Positions 9,305 to 21,159 of a stretch of 64,000 bases of DNA are shown here, in pieces. How positions within the stretch are numbered: the stretch's first letter is position 1; every line of letters starts with the position of its first letter. Below the pieces are notes generated by a model. The model was not told the origin of the DNA, searched no databases, and saw nothing but the letters and a program-made list of their open reading frames with translations. Origin of the DNA: Acidimicrobiia bacterium (lineage in GTDB: Bacteria > Actinomycetota > Acidimicrobiia > Acidimicrobiales > Aldehydirespiratoraceae); NCBI GenBank assembly GCA_022819505.1, contig JAJEHD010000018.1:627663-691662 (forward strand), written 5' to 3'. Made by a program: the position numbers and the translations under genes.

Positions 9305-9679
9305 ATGGCGATCCGCGTTTTTCACCGGGACAAGCCCAGCCTGAGGGCGCCCATGATCTCCAGCGACGCCCGGTTCGTGGTCTGGCCGGGTGTCGGCGCC
9401 GAGGTGGCCAACATGAACTACGTCGTGCTCGAACCGGGCGAGGAGAACGTTCCCCACACCCACGACGAGTCCGAGGACACGATCTTCTGCCTGGAGGGCC
9501 GGGGCTCGGTGAGCGACCTCACCAACGACACCCGACTCGAGTTCGAGGCCGGCCAGGTCATCCATGTGCCCGCCGGCGTCGAGCATGCGGTCATGGCCGA
9601 CCGGGGCGAGCGGATCGTGAGCATCGGCGGGCCCTGCCCACCGGACTGGAACCTGCTGCGCTTCCTCGGATTCGACTGA
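9305..9679 (+). CDS. Cupin-domain protein with intact metal-binding motifs
   Basis: 124 aa. Motif 1 PHTHDESEDTIFCLEG (H-x-H...E) and motif 2 HVPAGVEHAV. Confidence 0.7.
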   Translation: MAIRVFHRDKPSLRAPMISSDARFVVWPGVGAEVANMNYVVLEPGEENVPHTHDESEDTIFCLEGRGSVSDLTNDTRLEFEAGQVIHVPAGVEHAVMADRGERIVSIGGPCPPDWNLLRFLGFD

Positions 9680-9698
9680 GCCGGCGACAACCGCCGGC
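9680..9698. terminator. Putative bidirectional hairpin terminator between convergent genes
   Basis: Perfect 7-bp GC stem GCCGGCG / CGCCGGC with the 5-nt loop ACAAC, starting immediately after the stop at 9679. No U-tract. Confidence 0.4.
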
Positions 9699-9705
9699 GT
9701 GCTGG

Positions 9706-10098
9706 TCAGCTCGGGATGCCGGCTATGGCCTCGATCTCGACCTTCATTCCCTCAACGACCAGCTCGTTGATGCCGATGAGGGTGCTGCACGGCCGCTCGT
9801 CGCCGAAGAACTCCTGGCGCACCGGATTGATGGCGGCCCTGTCGCCGATGTCGGTGAGGTAGACGATGACCTTGAGCACGTCGGCGAAGGTGGCGCCGGC
9901 CGCCTCGAGGATCGCCCCGATGTTCTCCAGCGTGGCCCGGGCTTGGACCGCGACGTCGTCGCCGCCCACGAGATTCCCCTCGGAGTCGAGCGGTCCGCAC
10001 CCCGAGATGAAGAGCAGGTCGCCGAATCTGGTCGCGTCGGTGTAGTGGCTGATGGGCGGGTTGAGGTGGTCGACTCGGATCTCCTCTTTGCGGGGCAC
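9706..10098 (-). CDS. RidA/YjgF-family enamine/imine deaminase
   Basis: 130 aa with typical family segments: FISGCGPLD, ATLENIGAILEAAGATFADVLKVIVYLTD, VEIEAIA. An AGGAGG RBS lies upstream. Confidence 0.85.
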   Translation of the reverse strand: MPRKEEIRVDHLNPPISHYTDATRFGDLLFISGCGPLDSEGNLVGGDDVAVQARATLENIGAILEAAGATFADVLKVIVYLTDIGDRAAINPVRQEFFGDERPCSTLIGINELVVEGMKVEIEAIAGIPS

Positions 10099-10261
10099 GG
10101 CGCCTCCTGTGTGGGGTCTGTCTCGGGTTGGCGGCTGCGCCCCGGCCCGAGCCGATCTCCGATCACGCTCGATGCGCCCGCGTAGCCGGGGCGAGCATAG
10201 GGTTGTCGTCCGGTGAGCACCGCATCCTCCTCTCAGATTCCGGTGCGGGTCCGGTGACGCC

Positions 10262-11122
10262 GTGAAGCCCGCGGCCTTCGAGTATCACGCGCCCCGCACG
10301 CTGGAGGAGGCTCTCGGCCTACTGCACGAGCATCAGGACGAGGCCAAGGTCCTCGCCGGCGGCCAGAGCCTCGTGCCCGCCATGAACTTCAGGCTGGCCC
10401 GACCCGCGGTGCTGGTCGACATCGCCCATGTTCCCGGTCTCGACCGCATCGAGACGAACGACCCCGCCAGCGTCACCGTCGGTGCTCGGGTGCGCCACCT
10501 GGACCTGGAGCACAACACGATCGCGGGGCCGCTGGGCTCGCTGTTCGCCATGACGGGGCGGTGGGTGGGCCACTACCCGATACGGGTCCGGGGCACCTTC
10601 GGCGGGAGCCTGGCCCACGCCGACCCGGCCGCGGAGTGGTGCGCTCTGGCCAGCGCGCTCGACGCCGAGCTCCACTGCCGCAGCACCAGCGGTTCGCGCA
10701 CCGTGGGCGCCCGCGACTTCTTCGAACAGATGGCCTTCACGACCTGCCTGGAGCCCGACGAGCTGCTGGTCGGCGTGCGGCTGCCCAGGCTGAGCGATTC
10801 CTGCGGCGTCGGCATGGCCGAGTTCGCCCGCCGCTGGGGCGACTTCGCCATCGTGCTGGCGGTCACGGCCGTCGAACGCGACGGCGACTCGATCGCCCGT
10901 GCCCGCATCGCGCTCGGCGGCGTGGCCGGGGGGCCGGTGCGAGCATCCAACGCCGAGGCTGCCCTGGCCGGGCGTCCCGCGACGGCCGGGACGGTCGCGG
11001 AGGCCGCCGCGGCGGCGGCCGAGGAGGTCGATCCCACCGGCGACATCCACGGTTCGGCCGACTACCGCAGAGACCTTGTGCGGGCCATGGTGACCCGTGC
11101 GTTGGATCAGGCTCTGGCGTGA
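10262..11122 (+). CDS. Molybdenum-hydroxylase FAD-binding (medium, CoxM/XdhB-like) subunit
   Basis: 286 aa. MKPAAFEYHAP...VLAGGQSLVPAMNFRLARP...RGTFGGSLAHADPAAE...GSADYRR are CO dehydrogenase flavoprotein-family hallmarks. Confidence 0.9.
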   Translation: MKPAAFEYHAPRTLEEALGLLHEHQDEAKVLAGGQSLVPAMNFRLARPAVLVDIAHVPGLDRIETNDPASVTVGARVRHLDLEHNTIAGPLGSLFAMTGRWVGHYPIRVRGTFGGSLAHADPAAEWCALASALDAELHCRSTSGSRTVGARDFFEQMAFTTCLEPDELLVGVRLPRLSDSCGVGMAEFARRWGDFAIVLAVTAVERDGDSIARARIALGGVAGGPVRASNAEAALAGRPATAGTVAEAAAAAAEEVDPTGDIHGSADYRRDLVRAMVTRALDQALA

Positions 11123-11147
11123 TAATCGTGCGGGTGTGGAGGCCGGC

Positions 11148-13492
<2,345 letters not shown>

Positions 13493-13496
<4 letters not shown>

Positions 13497-13972
13497 GCCA
13501 GCGGCGCGTCGAGTTGACCCTGACCGTGAACGGCCAGCGGTACGAGGCGGCGGTGGAGCCCCGCAAGACCCTGGCCGACACCCTGCGAGAGGATTGCGGG
13601 CTAACCGGTACCCATCTCGGCTGCGAACACGGCGTGTGCGGCGCCTGCACCGTCCTGGTCGACGACGAGCCGGTGCGGTCCTGCCTCATGTTCGCGGTGC
13701 AGTGTGGCAGCCAGGCGATACGCACCGTCGAGGGACTCGCCGACGGCGACCGGCTGCATCCGATCCAGCAGGCCTTCTGGGAGCACCACGGCCTGCAGTG
13801 CGGCTTCTGCACTCCGGGGTTCCTGATGCTGGCCACGTCGGTGCTGGAGTCCCGTCCCGACATCGGCGACGAGGAGTTGCGGGAGGTGCTGGCGTCGAAC
13901 CTCTGCCGCTGCACCGGCTACCAGAACATCATCACGTCGGTGCACGCCGCCCGCGACCAGATGCGATCGTGA
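13493..13972 (+). CDS. Molybdenum-hydroxylase [2Fe-2S] small (CoxS-like) subunit
   Basis: Its ATG overlaps the L1 stop (ATGA). CEHGVCGACTV and GLQCGFCTPG...CRCTGY are the two 2Fe-2S cysteine clusters. Confidence 0.9.
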
Positions 13973-14006
13973 TCGGACCTCGAGCGGCCCCGGCAAAGGG
14001 ACTGCC

Positions 14007-16298
14007 GTGATAGGCGAGTCGGTTCTCCGCCTCGAGGACCAGCCCCTGCTGCGGGGAGAGGGCCGCTTCGTCGCTGACATCAACCTCCCGCACCAGCTCC
14101 ACATGCGGATCGTGCGATCGCATGCGGCCCACGGCACGATCGAGTCGATCGACGCCTCGGGGTCCCTGGACGTGCCCGGCGTGGTCGCGGTCTGGACCGG
14201 CGCCGATGTGGCCGCCATCCCGCCCATCGACTTCAGGCAGGTGGGCGCCGACCAGATGGTTCCCTACCGCCAGCCGATCCTGGCCCAGGACCGGGTGCGC
14301 TACGTGGGCGAGCCCGTGGCCGCGGTGTTCGCGGTCGACCCGTACGTCGCCGAGGACGGCGCCGAAGCCGTGGTCGTGGAGGTGTCGGAACTGGCGCCGG
14401 TGCTCGACGCGGCCGGTCCACTCGGCGACTTCGACGGGCGGCTCGACACCGAGGCCTACGTGTTCACCGAGCAGACCGGCGATGTCGACGCGGCCTTCGC
14501 CCGGGCCGGGCACGTGTTGGAGGCCGAGTTCAGCGTGGGGCGCCACACCGGCGTGCCCCTGGAGTGCCGGGGTGCGGTGGCGGTGCACCACCGCAGCACC
14601 CGGACGCTCGAGTTCCTGGGGGCGGCCAAGGTCCCGTTCCAGAACCGTGATGCGCTGGCCAGGATGCTCGGCCTGCCGCCGTCGGGGGTCGTGCTGCGCG
14701 AAGCCCATGTCGGGGGTGGGTTCGGCGTGCGCGGCGAGCTGTATCCCGAGGATGTCCTGGTAGCGCTGGCCGCGTTGCGGATGGGCCGGCCGGTCAAGTG
14801 GATCGAGGACCGCCAGGAGCACCTCGTGGCGGCCAACCACTCCCGCGATCAGCGCTACCGGCTGCGGGTGGCCACCGACGCCTCGGGCGTGGTCGAAGGC
14901 CTCGACGTGGAGTTCGTCAGCGACCAGGGCGCCTACGTCCGCACCCACGGAGCCACGGTGGCAACTCTGGCCGCGGCCATGCTGCCGGGCCCGTACCGGA
15001 TCCCGAACTACCGCGTGACCGGCCGGGTGCGCCTGTCGAACAAGACCCCGGCGGGCACGTACCGGGCGCCGGGACGCTACGAGAGCACGTTCGTGCGGGA
15101 GCGGACGCTGGACGCCGTGGCCGCCGAACTCGGAATCGACCGGGCCGAGATCCGGCGACGCAACCTGATTGGCTCGGAGGCGATGCCGTTCGAGCGGGGC
15201 GTCGACGCGCTCGGAACACCGGTCGTCTACGACTCCGGGCAGTACGAGATGATGCTCGACCGGGTCATGGCCCACATCGACTACCGGGCCCTGATGGCGT
15301 CGCTGGCCGAACGCCGGGCGAACGGGGAGCTGGTCGGGCTGGGGCTCGGCTTCTTCGTCGAGAAGTCCGGCCTGGGTCCCTTCGCCGGGAGCCGGGTCGA
15401 GGTGGACCCGTCGGGCTGCGTCACGGTTACCACCGGCGAGGCCTCGGTCGGCCAGGGCTTCGAGACGGTGATGGCCCAGATCTGCGCGGAAGTCCTCAGC
15501 GTGGGGCTCGACACGGTCTCGGTGGTCCACGGCCAGACCGACCAGATGTCCTACGGGATGGGAGCCTTCGCCAGCCGGGCCACCGTGATGGCGGGGACCG
15601 CCACCCACGCCGCCGGCGTCTCCCTTCGTCGGCGGGCCATCGAGGTTGCTGCCGAGATGCTCGAGGCCAGCCCGGACGACCTGGAACTGCTCGATGGCGC
15701 CGTGAGAGTGGTCGGCTCGCCCACCCGGGCCGTGTCGCTGGGCGCCATCGCGTCGGCTCTCGGCCCGGCGTCGCCCCATGCGCAGGACCGGCCGGGACTG
15801 GTGGCCGAGGAGTGGTACACCACGAGCCACATGAACTACCCGTACGGCCTGCATGCCGGCGTGGTGGCGCTCGATCCCGACACCGGGAGCGTGGGGATCG
15901 AGCGGTACGTGATCGCCTACGACATCGGGCGGGCCATCAACCCGATGCTGGTGGAGGGCCAGATCGTCGGCGGCGCGGCCCAGGGCTTCGGCGGAGCGCT
16001 GTTCGAGGACTTCAGCTACGACGAGATCGGCCAGCCCCTGGTGACGACGTTCATGGACTACCTGATGCCCACCGCGGCAGAGATGCCCGACCTTGAGATC
16101 CTGCTGTCCGAGGACGCCCCCAGCCCGCTCAACCCGCTGGGCGTCAAGGGCGCCGGCGAGGGCGGCACCAACGCCTGCGGCGCGGTGATCGCTTCCGCGG
16201 TGGACGACGCCCTCGGCCGTCCCGGCGCGGTCTGCTCGTTGCCAATGACCCCCGAACGCCTACACACCCTCTGCCGGTCCGGCGGAGGGTCGCCCTAA
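14007..16298 (+). CDS. Second xanthine-dehydrogenase-family molybdopterin-binding large subunit (L2) with no FeS/FAD partners of its own
   Basis: 763 aa. MIGESVLRLEDQPLLRGEGRFVAD, GTYRAPGR loop, GVKGAGEGG. Confidence 0.9.
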   Translation: MIGESVLRLEDQPLLRGEGRFVADINLPHQLHMRIVRSHAAHGTIESIDASGSLDVPGVVAVWTGADVAAIPPIDFRQVGADQMVPYRQPILAQDRVRYVGEPVAAVFAVDPYVAEDGAEAVVVEVSELAPVLDAAGPLGDFDGRLDTEAYVFTEQTGDVDAAFARAGHVLEAEFSVGRHTGVPLECRGAVAVHHRSTRTLEFLGAAKVPFQNRDALARMLGLPPSGVVLREAHVGGGFGVRGELYPEDVLVALAALRMGRPVKWIEDRQEHLVAANHSRDQRYRLRVATDASGVVEGLDVEFVSDQGAYVRTHGATVATLAAAMLPGPYRIPNYRVTGRVRLSNKTPAGTYRAPGRYESTFVRERTLDAVAAELGIDRAEIRRRNLIGSEAMPFERGVDALGTPVVYDSGQYEMMLDRVMAHIDYRALMASLAERRANGELVGLGLGFFVEKSGLGPFAGSRVEVDPSGCVTVTTGEASVGQGFETVMAQICAEVLSVGLDTVSVVHGQTDQMSYGMGAFASRATVMAGTATHAAGVSLRRRAIEVAAEMLEASPDDLELLDGAVRVVGSPTRAVSLGAIASALGPASPHAQDRPGLVAEEWYTTSHMNYPYGLHAGVVALDPDTGSVGIERYVIAYDIGRAINPMLVEGQIVGGAAQGFGGALFEDFSYDEIGQPLVTTFMDYLMPTAAEMPDLEILLSEDAPSPLNPLGVKGAGEGGTNACGAVIASAVDDALGRPGAVCSLPMTPERLHTLCRSGGGSP

Positions 16299-16301
16299 GG
16301 T

Positions 16302-17219
16302 CTAGGCGGCGGCTCGGTACTCCTCGGAACTGCCGGGGAGGATTCCCAGGCCCGGATCGCCGGATGCGCCGAAGGCGGGGGGCCGAGGGTTCGACGTGCC
16401 CCACAGATCGGACTGCTCCGGCACGGCCTCCCATGTCCGCACAACCCAGTCCGGGCTGTCGGCGACCATCAGTTCGGTGGTGAACTCGCAGACGAAGCCC
16501 GCGGGGGAGCGGAAATAGGCGAAAGCGTTGTCGCCGGGCCCGTGGCGGCCCGGACCCCAGAGGATCTCATGGCCGTGGCGCATGGCCCGGCCCGTCGCCC
16601 GCATGAAGTCGTCGATATCGGCGCACTCGTAGGCCACGTGGTTCAGGCCTGACTGGGCCGTGGCGGCCAGAGCGATCTGGTGGTGGTAGCGGCTCGTGGT
16701 CATGAAGACGAGCCTGTCCTCCAGCCAGTCGGTGACCCGGAAGCCCAGCGCGGTGCAGTACCAGTCCGCGAGCCCGGCGTTGTCGCTGCTGTTGAACACG
16801 ACGTGGCTCACGTCGAGCGGCAGGCCCTTCCCGCGTTCATGCGGTGGCGGGGTACGGACTGGCGTGGCGGCCGAGATCGACAGCAGGTGGCCCTCAGGAT
16901 CGAACACCTCGAAGCCGTACCCGCCGTCCACCGTCGGGCCGGGACGGCCGACCAGATCTGCCTCCAGCCCGACGAGGTGATCGTGCATCTGATCGACCTG
17001 CTCGCGGCTATCGACCCCGAAGGCCACCGCATCGGCCCGATCCATGGGCGCCGGGCGAAGCGTGGTGACAGCGGGCTCGATCGATCCGGGTGCCGAGAAC
17101 CCGACGCAACCGTTCTCGCCGTCCTCGCGGACCAGCCCGAACACGTCGCACAGGAAGCGGGCCTGACCCTCTACATCCCGTACACCGAAACCGACGCTGC
17201 GCAACCGCAATGCACTCAC
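16302..17219 (-). CDS. Two-domain VOC-superfamily extradiol ring-cleavage dioxygenase (catechol 2,3-dioxygenase-like)
   Basis: 305 aa. Candidate Fe ligands lie in DVSHVVFN, LNHVAYEC and FVCEFTTE. Tandem glyoxalase-fold halves. Confidence 0.8.
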   Translation of the reverse strand: MSALRLRSVGFGVRDVEGQARFLCDVFGLVREDGENGCVGFSAPGSIEPAVTTLRPAPMDRADAVAFGVDSREQVDQMHDHLVGLEADLVGRPGPTVDGGYGFEVFDPEGHLLSISAATPVRTPPPHERGKGLPLDVSHVVFNSSDNAGLADWYCTALGFRVTDWLEDRLVFMTTSRYHHQIALAATAQSGLNHVAYECADIDDFMRATGRAMRHGHEILWGPGRHGPGDNAFAYFRSPAGFVCEFTTELMVADSPDWVVRTWEAVPEQSDLWGTSNPRPPAFGASGDPGLGILPGSSEEYRAAA

Positions 17220-17247
17220 CTCCGCCTAGCCGCTGGGCTCCGACCGG

Positions 17248-17799
17248 TCAGACGATAGTCCTGATACGGGGCGCATCCACGACCGCGTCCAGGAGCACGA
17301 CGAACCGCGACATGATCGAGAAGGAGTCGCCCGCCCGCCGGACGACGTCGAAGCGCTCGCCGGTCATGTCCCCCGACTGGGTGCCGTGACGAACCATCGC
17401 CACCCGGACGTTCAGCCGGGCCAGATAGGTGTCGGGCCGGTCCGTCGAGCGAACCCGGAGTGCCGACAGGAACCGGCGGGTGCGGACCGGGGGCCGATCG
17501 GCCCAAGACACCGCGATGTTGTCGTCGGTCAGGCGGGCCGCCCAGTTCTCGGAGATCGACTCTCGGGTCTCGTCCATGAACAGGGCCGACGGGTCGTAGC
17601 CGAGCTGGGGGTGATGGTCGGTCACCAGGGGCACGGGGATGAGGTACGTGAAGCCCTCATCGACGAGATCGAGCCACTCATCGAGACGCCACTCATCCAG
17701 CAACTCGGCCTCGTAGGCGTAGAAGAGGCCCAACTGCTGGTGGACCGGCAGCGGAGCAGGCCCTCCGGTGGTGGTCGGATGGACCCAGCGGGCCTTCAT
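17248..17799 (-). CDS. Rieske ring-hydroxylating dioxygenase beta (small) subunit
   Basis: Internal ATG of ORF 17248-18189 (MKARWVHP...), forming an ATGA overlap with the alpha-subunit stop. NTF2-like sequence: YAYEAELLDEWRLDEWLDL. Confidence 0.85.
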   Translation of the reverse strand: MKARWVHPTTTGGPAPLPVHQQLGLFYAYEAELLDEWRLDEWLDLVDEGFTYLIPVPLVTDHHPQLGYDPSALFMDETRESISENWAARLTDDNIAVSWADRPPVRTRRFLSALRVRSTDRPDTYLARLNVRVAMVRHGTQSGDMTGERFDVVRRAGDSFSIMSRFVVLLDAVVDAPRIRTIV

Positions 17800-19145
17800 C
17801 GAATGGACGCGGCCGGCTCGGCGACCGCCGTGAGCTCCATGCGGCGGCGCCACTCGGTGAGGAAGCCGCGGAGGGTGTGCTCGCTGCGGTCGGCGTCCTG
17901 CACATGGCCGGGCCACTCCAGGCCGTGAGCATCGGGATGGTGGGTGCCGGCCACATAGTTGTAGGACTGGTCGAGCCCGACCGGCCCGCTGTTGGCCTCG
18001 GCCATCCCGAGGAAGTTCTCGTTGTCGTCGAGTTCGAACATCCCGCCGGGGCCGTTGGTCCTGAGGTAGGCCCGCTGGGAACGCTCCTTCCATGTCTCGG
18101 AGGCGTCGGCCGGCACCAGGTGCCACCACCAGATCTCGGTCAAGCCCTCGTCGACAGGGACCTTGAGGGTGAGCCGGGTGTAGCGGCACATCGAGCCGGG
18201 TCCGTCGGTGGCGGTCTTGAAGTTCTCCAAGAAGGACAGGTTGGGGAACACGCTGCCGTGGGTGACCGAGGTGCGGGCCATGATGTCGACCTGGCCCGGT
18301 TTCAGGTTGCGCTCGATCTCACCCCAGAGCTCCTCCGGGTAGCCGAGGAACCCGGGCGGGTGGGTCTCGATGGGCAGGTGCTGGATCCGGATGGTGTGGC
18401 CGTTGCCGCACTGCACGGTGCGGCCGGGGAACTTCGGTCCGATGGGATCGCCGTAGGGGGCGACGTCCTCGGGGCTGGGGAAGAGCCCGAACCGCAGCGC
18501 GGTCTCGTGGGTGATCATGGTGTGGTAGCCGTCGCCGGAGAGGTTCTCGGTCTCGGCCTTCCAGTTGGCGCGGATGCGGGTCCGCACCGGCGAGCCCATG
18601 ACCTCGAACCCGTTGTCGAACTTCCCGAACAGCGCGTCGAAGTAGTAGGTCATGTGGCCCAGCGCGTCGCTGAGGGACGGGCCCCGGTGGTCCCATGTGG
18701 CGAAGATCAGCCCGTGCAGAGTCTCCACCCGGGCCGATCGGAGGTTGAACCGCGACTTGTCGAGGTCGGGGCCGTACACCTCCTTCTCGTAGGTCACGGC
18801 CCGGCATGCACCGTCGAGACCGTAGGCCCAGCCGTGGTAGGAGCATCTGTGGGCCTTGGTGTTGCCGCGGCCCGACCGGCAGAGCTTCACGCCCCGGTGC
18901 GAGCACGAGTTCAACATCACGTGGACACGGCCGTCGCGGTCGCGGTTCACGATTACCGGGTCGACGCCGAGGGGCCTGGTCACGTAGTCGCCCGGCTCGG
19001 GGATCTCGGAGACGTGTCCCACGAAGAACCATGACTTCTTGAAGATCGAGTCGAGCTCGCGGCGATGGATCTCGGGGTCGTGATAGATGCGCCGGCTGAC
19101 CCGGAACCCGCCGTCGGTGTCGATAAGTGCCATATCAGCTGCCAT
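17796..19145 (-). CDS. Rieske ring-hydroxylating dioxygenase alpha (large) subunit
   Basis: 449 aa. Rieske motif CSHRG...CSYHGW and mononuclear Fe motif DGYHTMITH (D-x2-H-x4-H). Confidence 0.9.
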   Translation of the reverse strand: MAADMALIDTDGGFRVSRRIYHDPEIHRRELDSIFKKSWFFVGHVSEIPEPGDYVTRPLGVDPVIVNRDRDGRVHVMLNSCSHRGVKLCRSGRGNTKAHRCSYHGWAYGLDGACRAVTYEKEVYGPDLDKSRFNLRSARVETLHGLIFATWDHRGPSLSDALGHMTYYFDALFGKFDNGFEVMGSPVRTRIRANWKAETENLSGDGYHTMITHETALRFGLFPSPEDVAPYGDPIGPKFPGRTVQCGNGHTIRIQHLPIETHPPGFLGYPEELWGEIERNLKPGQVDIMARTSVTHGSVFPNLSFLENFKTATDGPGSMCRYTRLTLKVPVDEGLTEIWWWHLVPADASETWKERSQRAYLRTNGPGGMFELDDNENFLGMAEANSGPVGLDQSYNYVAGTHHPDAHGLEWPGHVQDADRSEHTLRGFLTEWRRRMELTAVAEPAASIR

Positions 19146-19165
19146 TCGCCGGTTCTGTTTGCAAC

Positions 19166-20143
19166 TTAGTCCCGCATGATGCGCAGGGTCCCAATCTCGG
19201 GTGCGGGAATGCCCATTCCCCGCTCGTGGGCGGCCACCAGCAGCCGGTGGGCCAGGGCGAGGTCCTGCTCCACGGTGCCGATGGACTTGAACACCAGCGG
19301 CGCCTCGCCATCCGGCTCGTAGGGTGACTCGAGCCAGTCCCTCAACAGCAGGGCCCGGTCGGGGTCGAAGCCGAAGCGCTCGACCGCGTCGATGACGTCG
19401 CCCGGTTCGTGGCGGGCGTCCGCGCAGTCGAACACCACCTGCGAGGCTTCGGCGAAGACGTCACCGACCAGCTCCCGCTGATCGGGCCGGGTGGAGCCGA
19501 TGCCGGCCAAGAACTGGAGATGGTCGACCTGGCGGGCCTCGAGAAAGGCCGGGCCGAGAGATGACGTGGCGACATACAACTGCTGGGCGCCGGCCAGCGC
19601 GGCGTCGACCGAGTCCACCGGGTAGACGGGCACGCCCAGCACGGGGCCGTGCACCTCGCAGAACGCCTTCCGGTTGGCCGGCGTGGGACTGAACACGGCC
19701 ACCTCGGACAGGGTCGACACGGTGGCCACCGCCCGGAGTCCCTCCTTGGCCTCCTCGCCGCTGCCGATCACGGCCAGCTTCTTGGGCCGGCCGTCGTCGG
19801 CATGCTCGAAGGCCAGCGCGGCCGTCGAGGCGGTGCGGAGGCTGGTGATGCGGCGACCGTCGACGACCCCGATCATGTCGGCGGTGTCGCGGTCGAAGAC
19901 GCTGATGTGATAGCGCACCCGCCTGCCGACGCGGTGGAACTCCTTGTAGCCGACGATCCCGATCTCACCCAGGATGCCGGCCAGCACCCGCATCCAGGTG
20001 TGGCCGTCGCCGATCTGCACGCGTCCGGTCACGGCCTCGGCGCGGGCTGAGACCCGGGCCGCCTCCAACCCGACCTCCACCGAGGCCAACTTGTCGACGA
20101 GGTCGCCGTCGAGGAACAGGGGCGGATCACCCAGCGCGGTCAC
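19166..20143 (-). CDS. Ornithine cyclodeaminase / mu-crystallin-family NAD(P)-dependent enzyme
   Basis: 325 aa. ITSLRTASTAAL and VIGSGEEAK Rossmann segment. GTG start overlaps the upstream stop (GTGA). Confidence 0.75.
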   Translation of the reverse strand: MTALGDPPLFLDGDLVDKLASVEVGLEAARVSARAEAVTGRVQIGDGHTWMRVLAGILGEIGIVGYKEFHRVGRRVRYHISVFDRDTADMIGVVDGRRITSLRTASTAALAFEHADDGRPKKLAVIGSGEEAKEGLRAVATVSTLSEVAVFSPTPANRKAFCEVHGPVLGVPVYPVDSVDAALAGAQQLYVATSSLGPAFLEARQVDHLQFLAGIGSTRPDQRELVGDVFAEASQVVFDCADARHEPGDVIDAVERFGFDPDRALLLRDWLESPYEPDGEAPLVFKSIGTVEQDLALAHRLLVAAHERGMGIPAPEIGTLRIMRD

Positions 20144-21159
20144 TTCGGATTCCTGCCCACCCAGAACTCCTCGTCACCATCGTTGGTGACGTCGAGGCCG
20201 GCATCGACCGCGGCCTTGCGGATCATGCCCATCTGCGCCGCGTTGATGCGGGCCAGCGGTGCCCGGAGCGGCCCCCCGTTGAAGCCGACCAGCCAGCCCT
20301 GGTACTTCCAGATGCTCCGGGGCACCATCCCGGTGGTGGCCACGACGGGGCTGGCGGTGGCGCTGTTGGCCTTGCGGATGGGCGCGTTTCGCCAGTACAG
20401 GTCCATGCCGTCGTCCCAGGTGGCGGGATCGCTGAGCAGCTTGAGCATCTGGGGAACGCGGGGCCCGAAGGCCTCGTAGTTCGAGGTGCCCATGTACTTC
20501 ATGCCGTAGTGACGGATCCAGATCGGAGCGTTGTACTCCATGGGATCGGTCACGACGACCTGGTCGCCCAGGAGACGGAATACGTCGTCCATGCCTCCCG
20601 TGTAGGGCAGGCCGATCTCGTTCTTGATCCCCACCAGCATCGGACAGTCGGCCACCAGCCTCTCCAGCAGTCCCACCGGGAACGCGGCCGGGTGCAGTCG
20701 GGCGAAGTTCCACTGGTCGATCGCGAACAGCAGCACGCCCAGCGGCGAGCGGTCGATCATCGCCTTGCTGGCCTCGTAGAGCTCGTCGAGGGTGCGGGGG
20801 TAGAACGTCAGGGGGTAGGAGGGCAGCACCAGATCGGCCCCCAGCTCGGCGCCCCATTCGATGGTCAGCTGCTGTTCATCCCAGGTCGGCTGGGATGCCT
20901 GGACGACCACGACGAGGTCGCCGGCCGCGTCGGTGACGATCTCGAGCAGCCGCCGGTACTCCTCGAGCGCGGTGCCCCCCTCGCTGACGACCAGCACCGC
21001 TGCCATCCCGAGTTCCCGCTCCATCTCGACGTCGTGGCGGATGGCGACCTCGTTCAGCGTCGAGAGGTCGCTGGTGAAGGTGGGCAGGACGCAGCCGCAG
21101 CATCCCTTGAGATTCTCAAGAGCCCATGCCCGAGCCTCGGCTGCGGCGTACTCAGGCAT
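20140..21159 (-). CDS. DapA/DHDPS-family class I (Schiff-base) aldolase-like enzyme
   Basis: Frame of ORF 20140-21228. ATG 21159 is preceded by GGAGGG. VGIKNEIG contains the family's Schiff-base Lys position. Confidence 0.7.
   Translation of the reverse strand: MPEYAAAEARAWALENLKGCCGCVLPTFTSDLSTLNEVAIRHDVEMERELGMAAVLVVSEGGTALEEYRRLLEIVTDAAGDLVVVVQASQPTWDEQQLTIEWGAELGADLVLPSYPLTFYPRTLDELYEASKAMIDRSPLGVLLFAIDQWNFARLHPAAFPVGLLERLVADCPMLVGIKNEIGLPYTGGMDDVFRLLGDQVVVTDPMEYNAPIWIRHYGMKYMGTSNYEAFGPRVPQMLKLLSDPATWDDGMDLYWRNAPIRKANSATASPVVATTGMVPRSIWKYQGWLVGFNGGPLRAPLARINAAQMGMIRKAAVDAGLDVTNDGDEEFWVGRNPK

Noticed and set aside
10099-10261. Possible Moco riboswitch upstream of the Mo-hydroxylase operon, and an M-box upstream of the MgtE-like gene at 59313-59377.
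   Set aside because: I could not find the conserved Moco-motif core sequences or a convincing multi-stem fold in the 163-bp region. The region upstream of the MgtE-like gene is far too short for an M-box.
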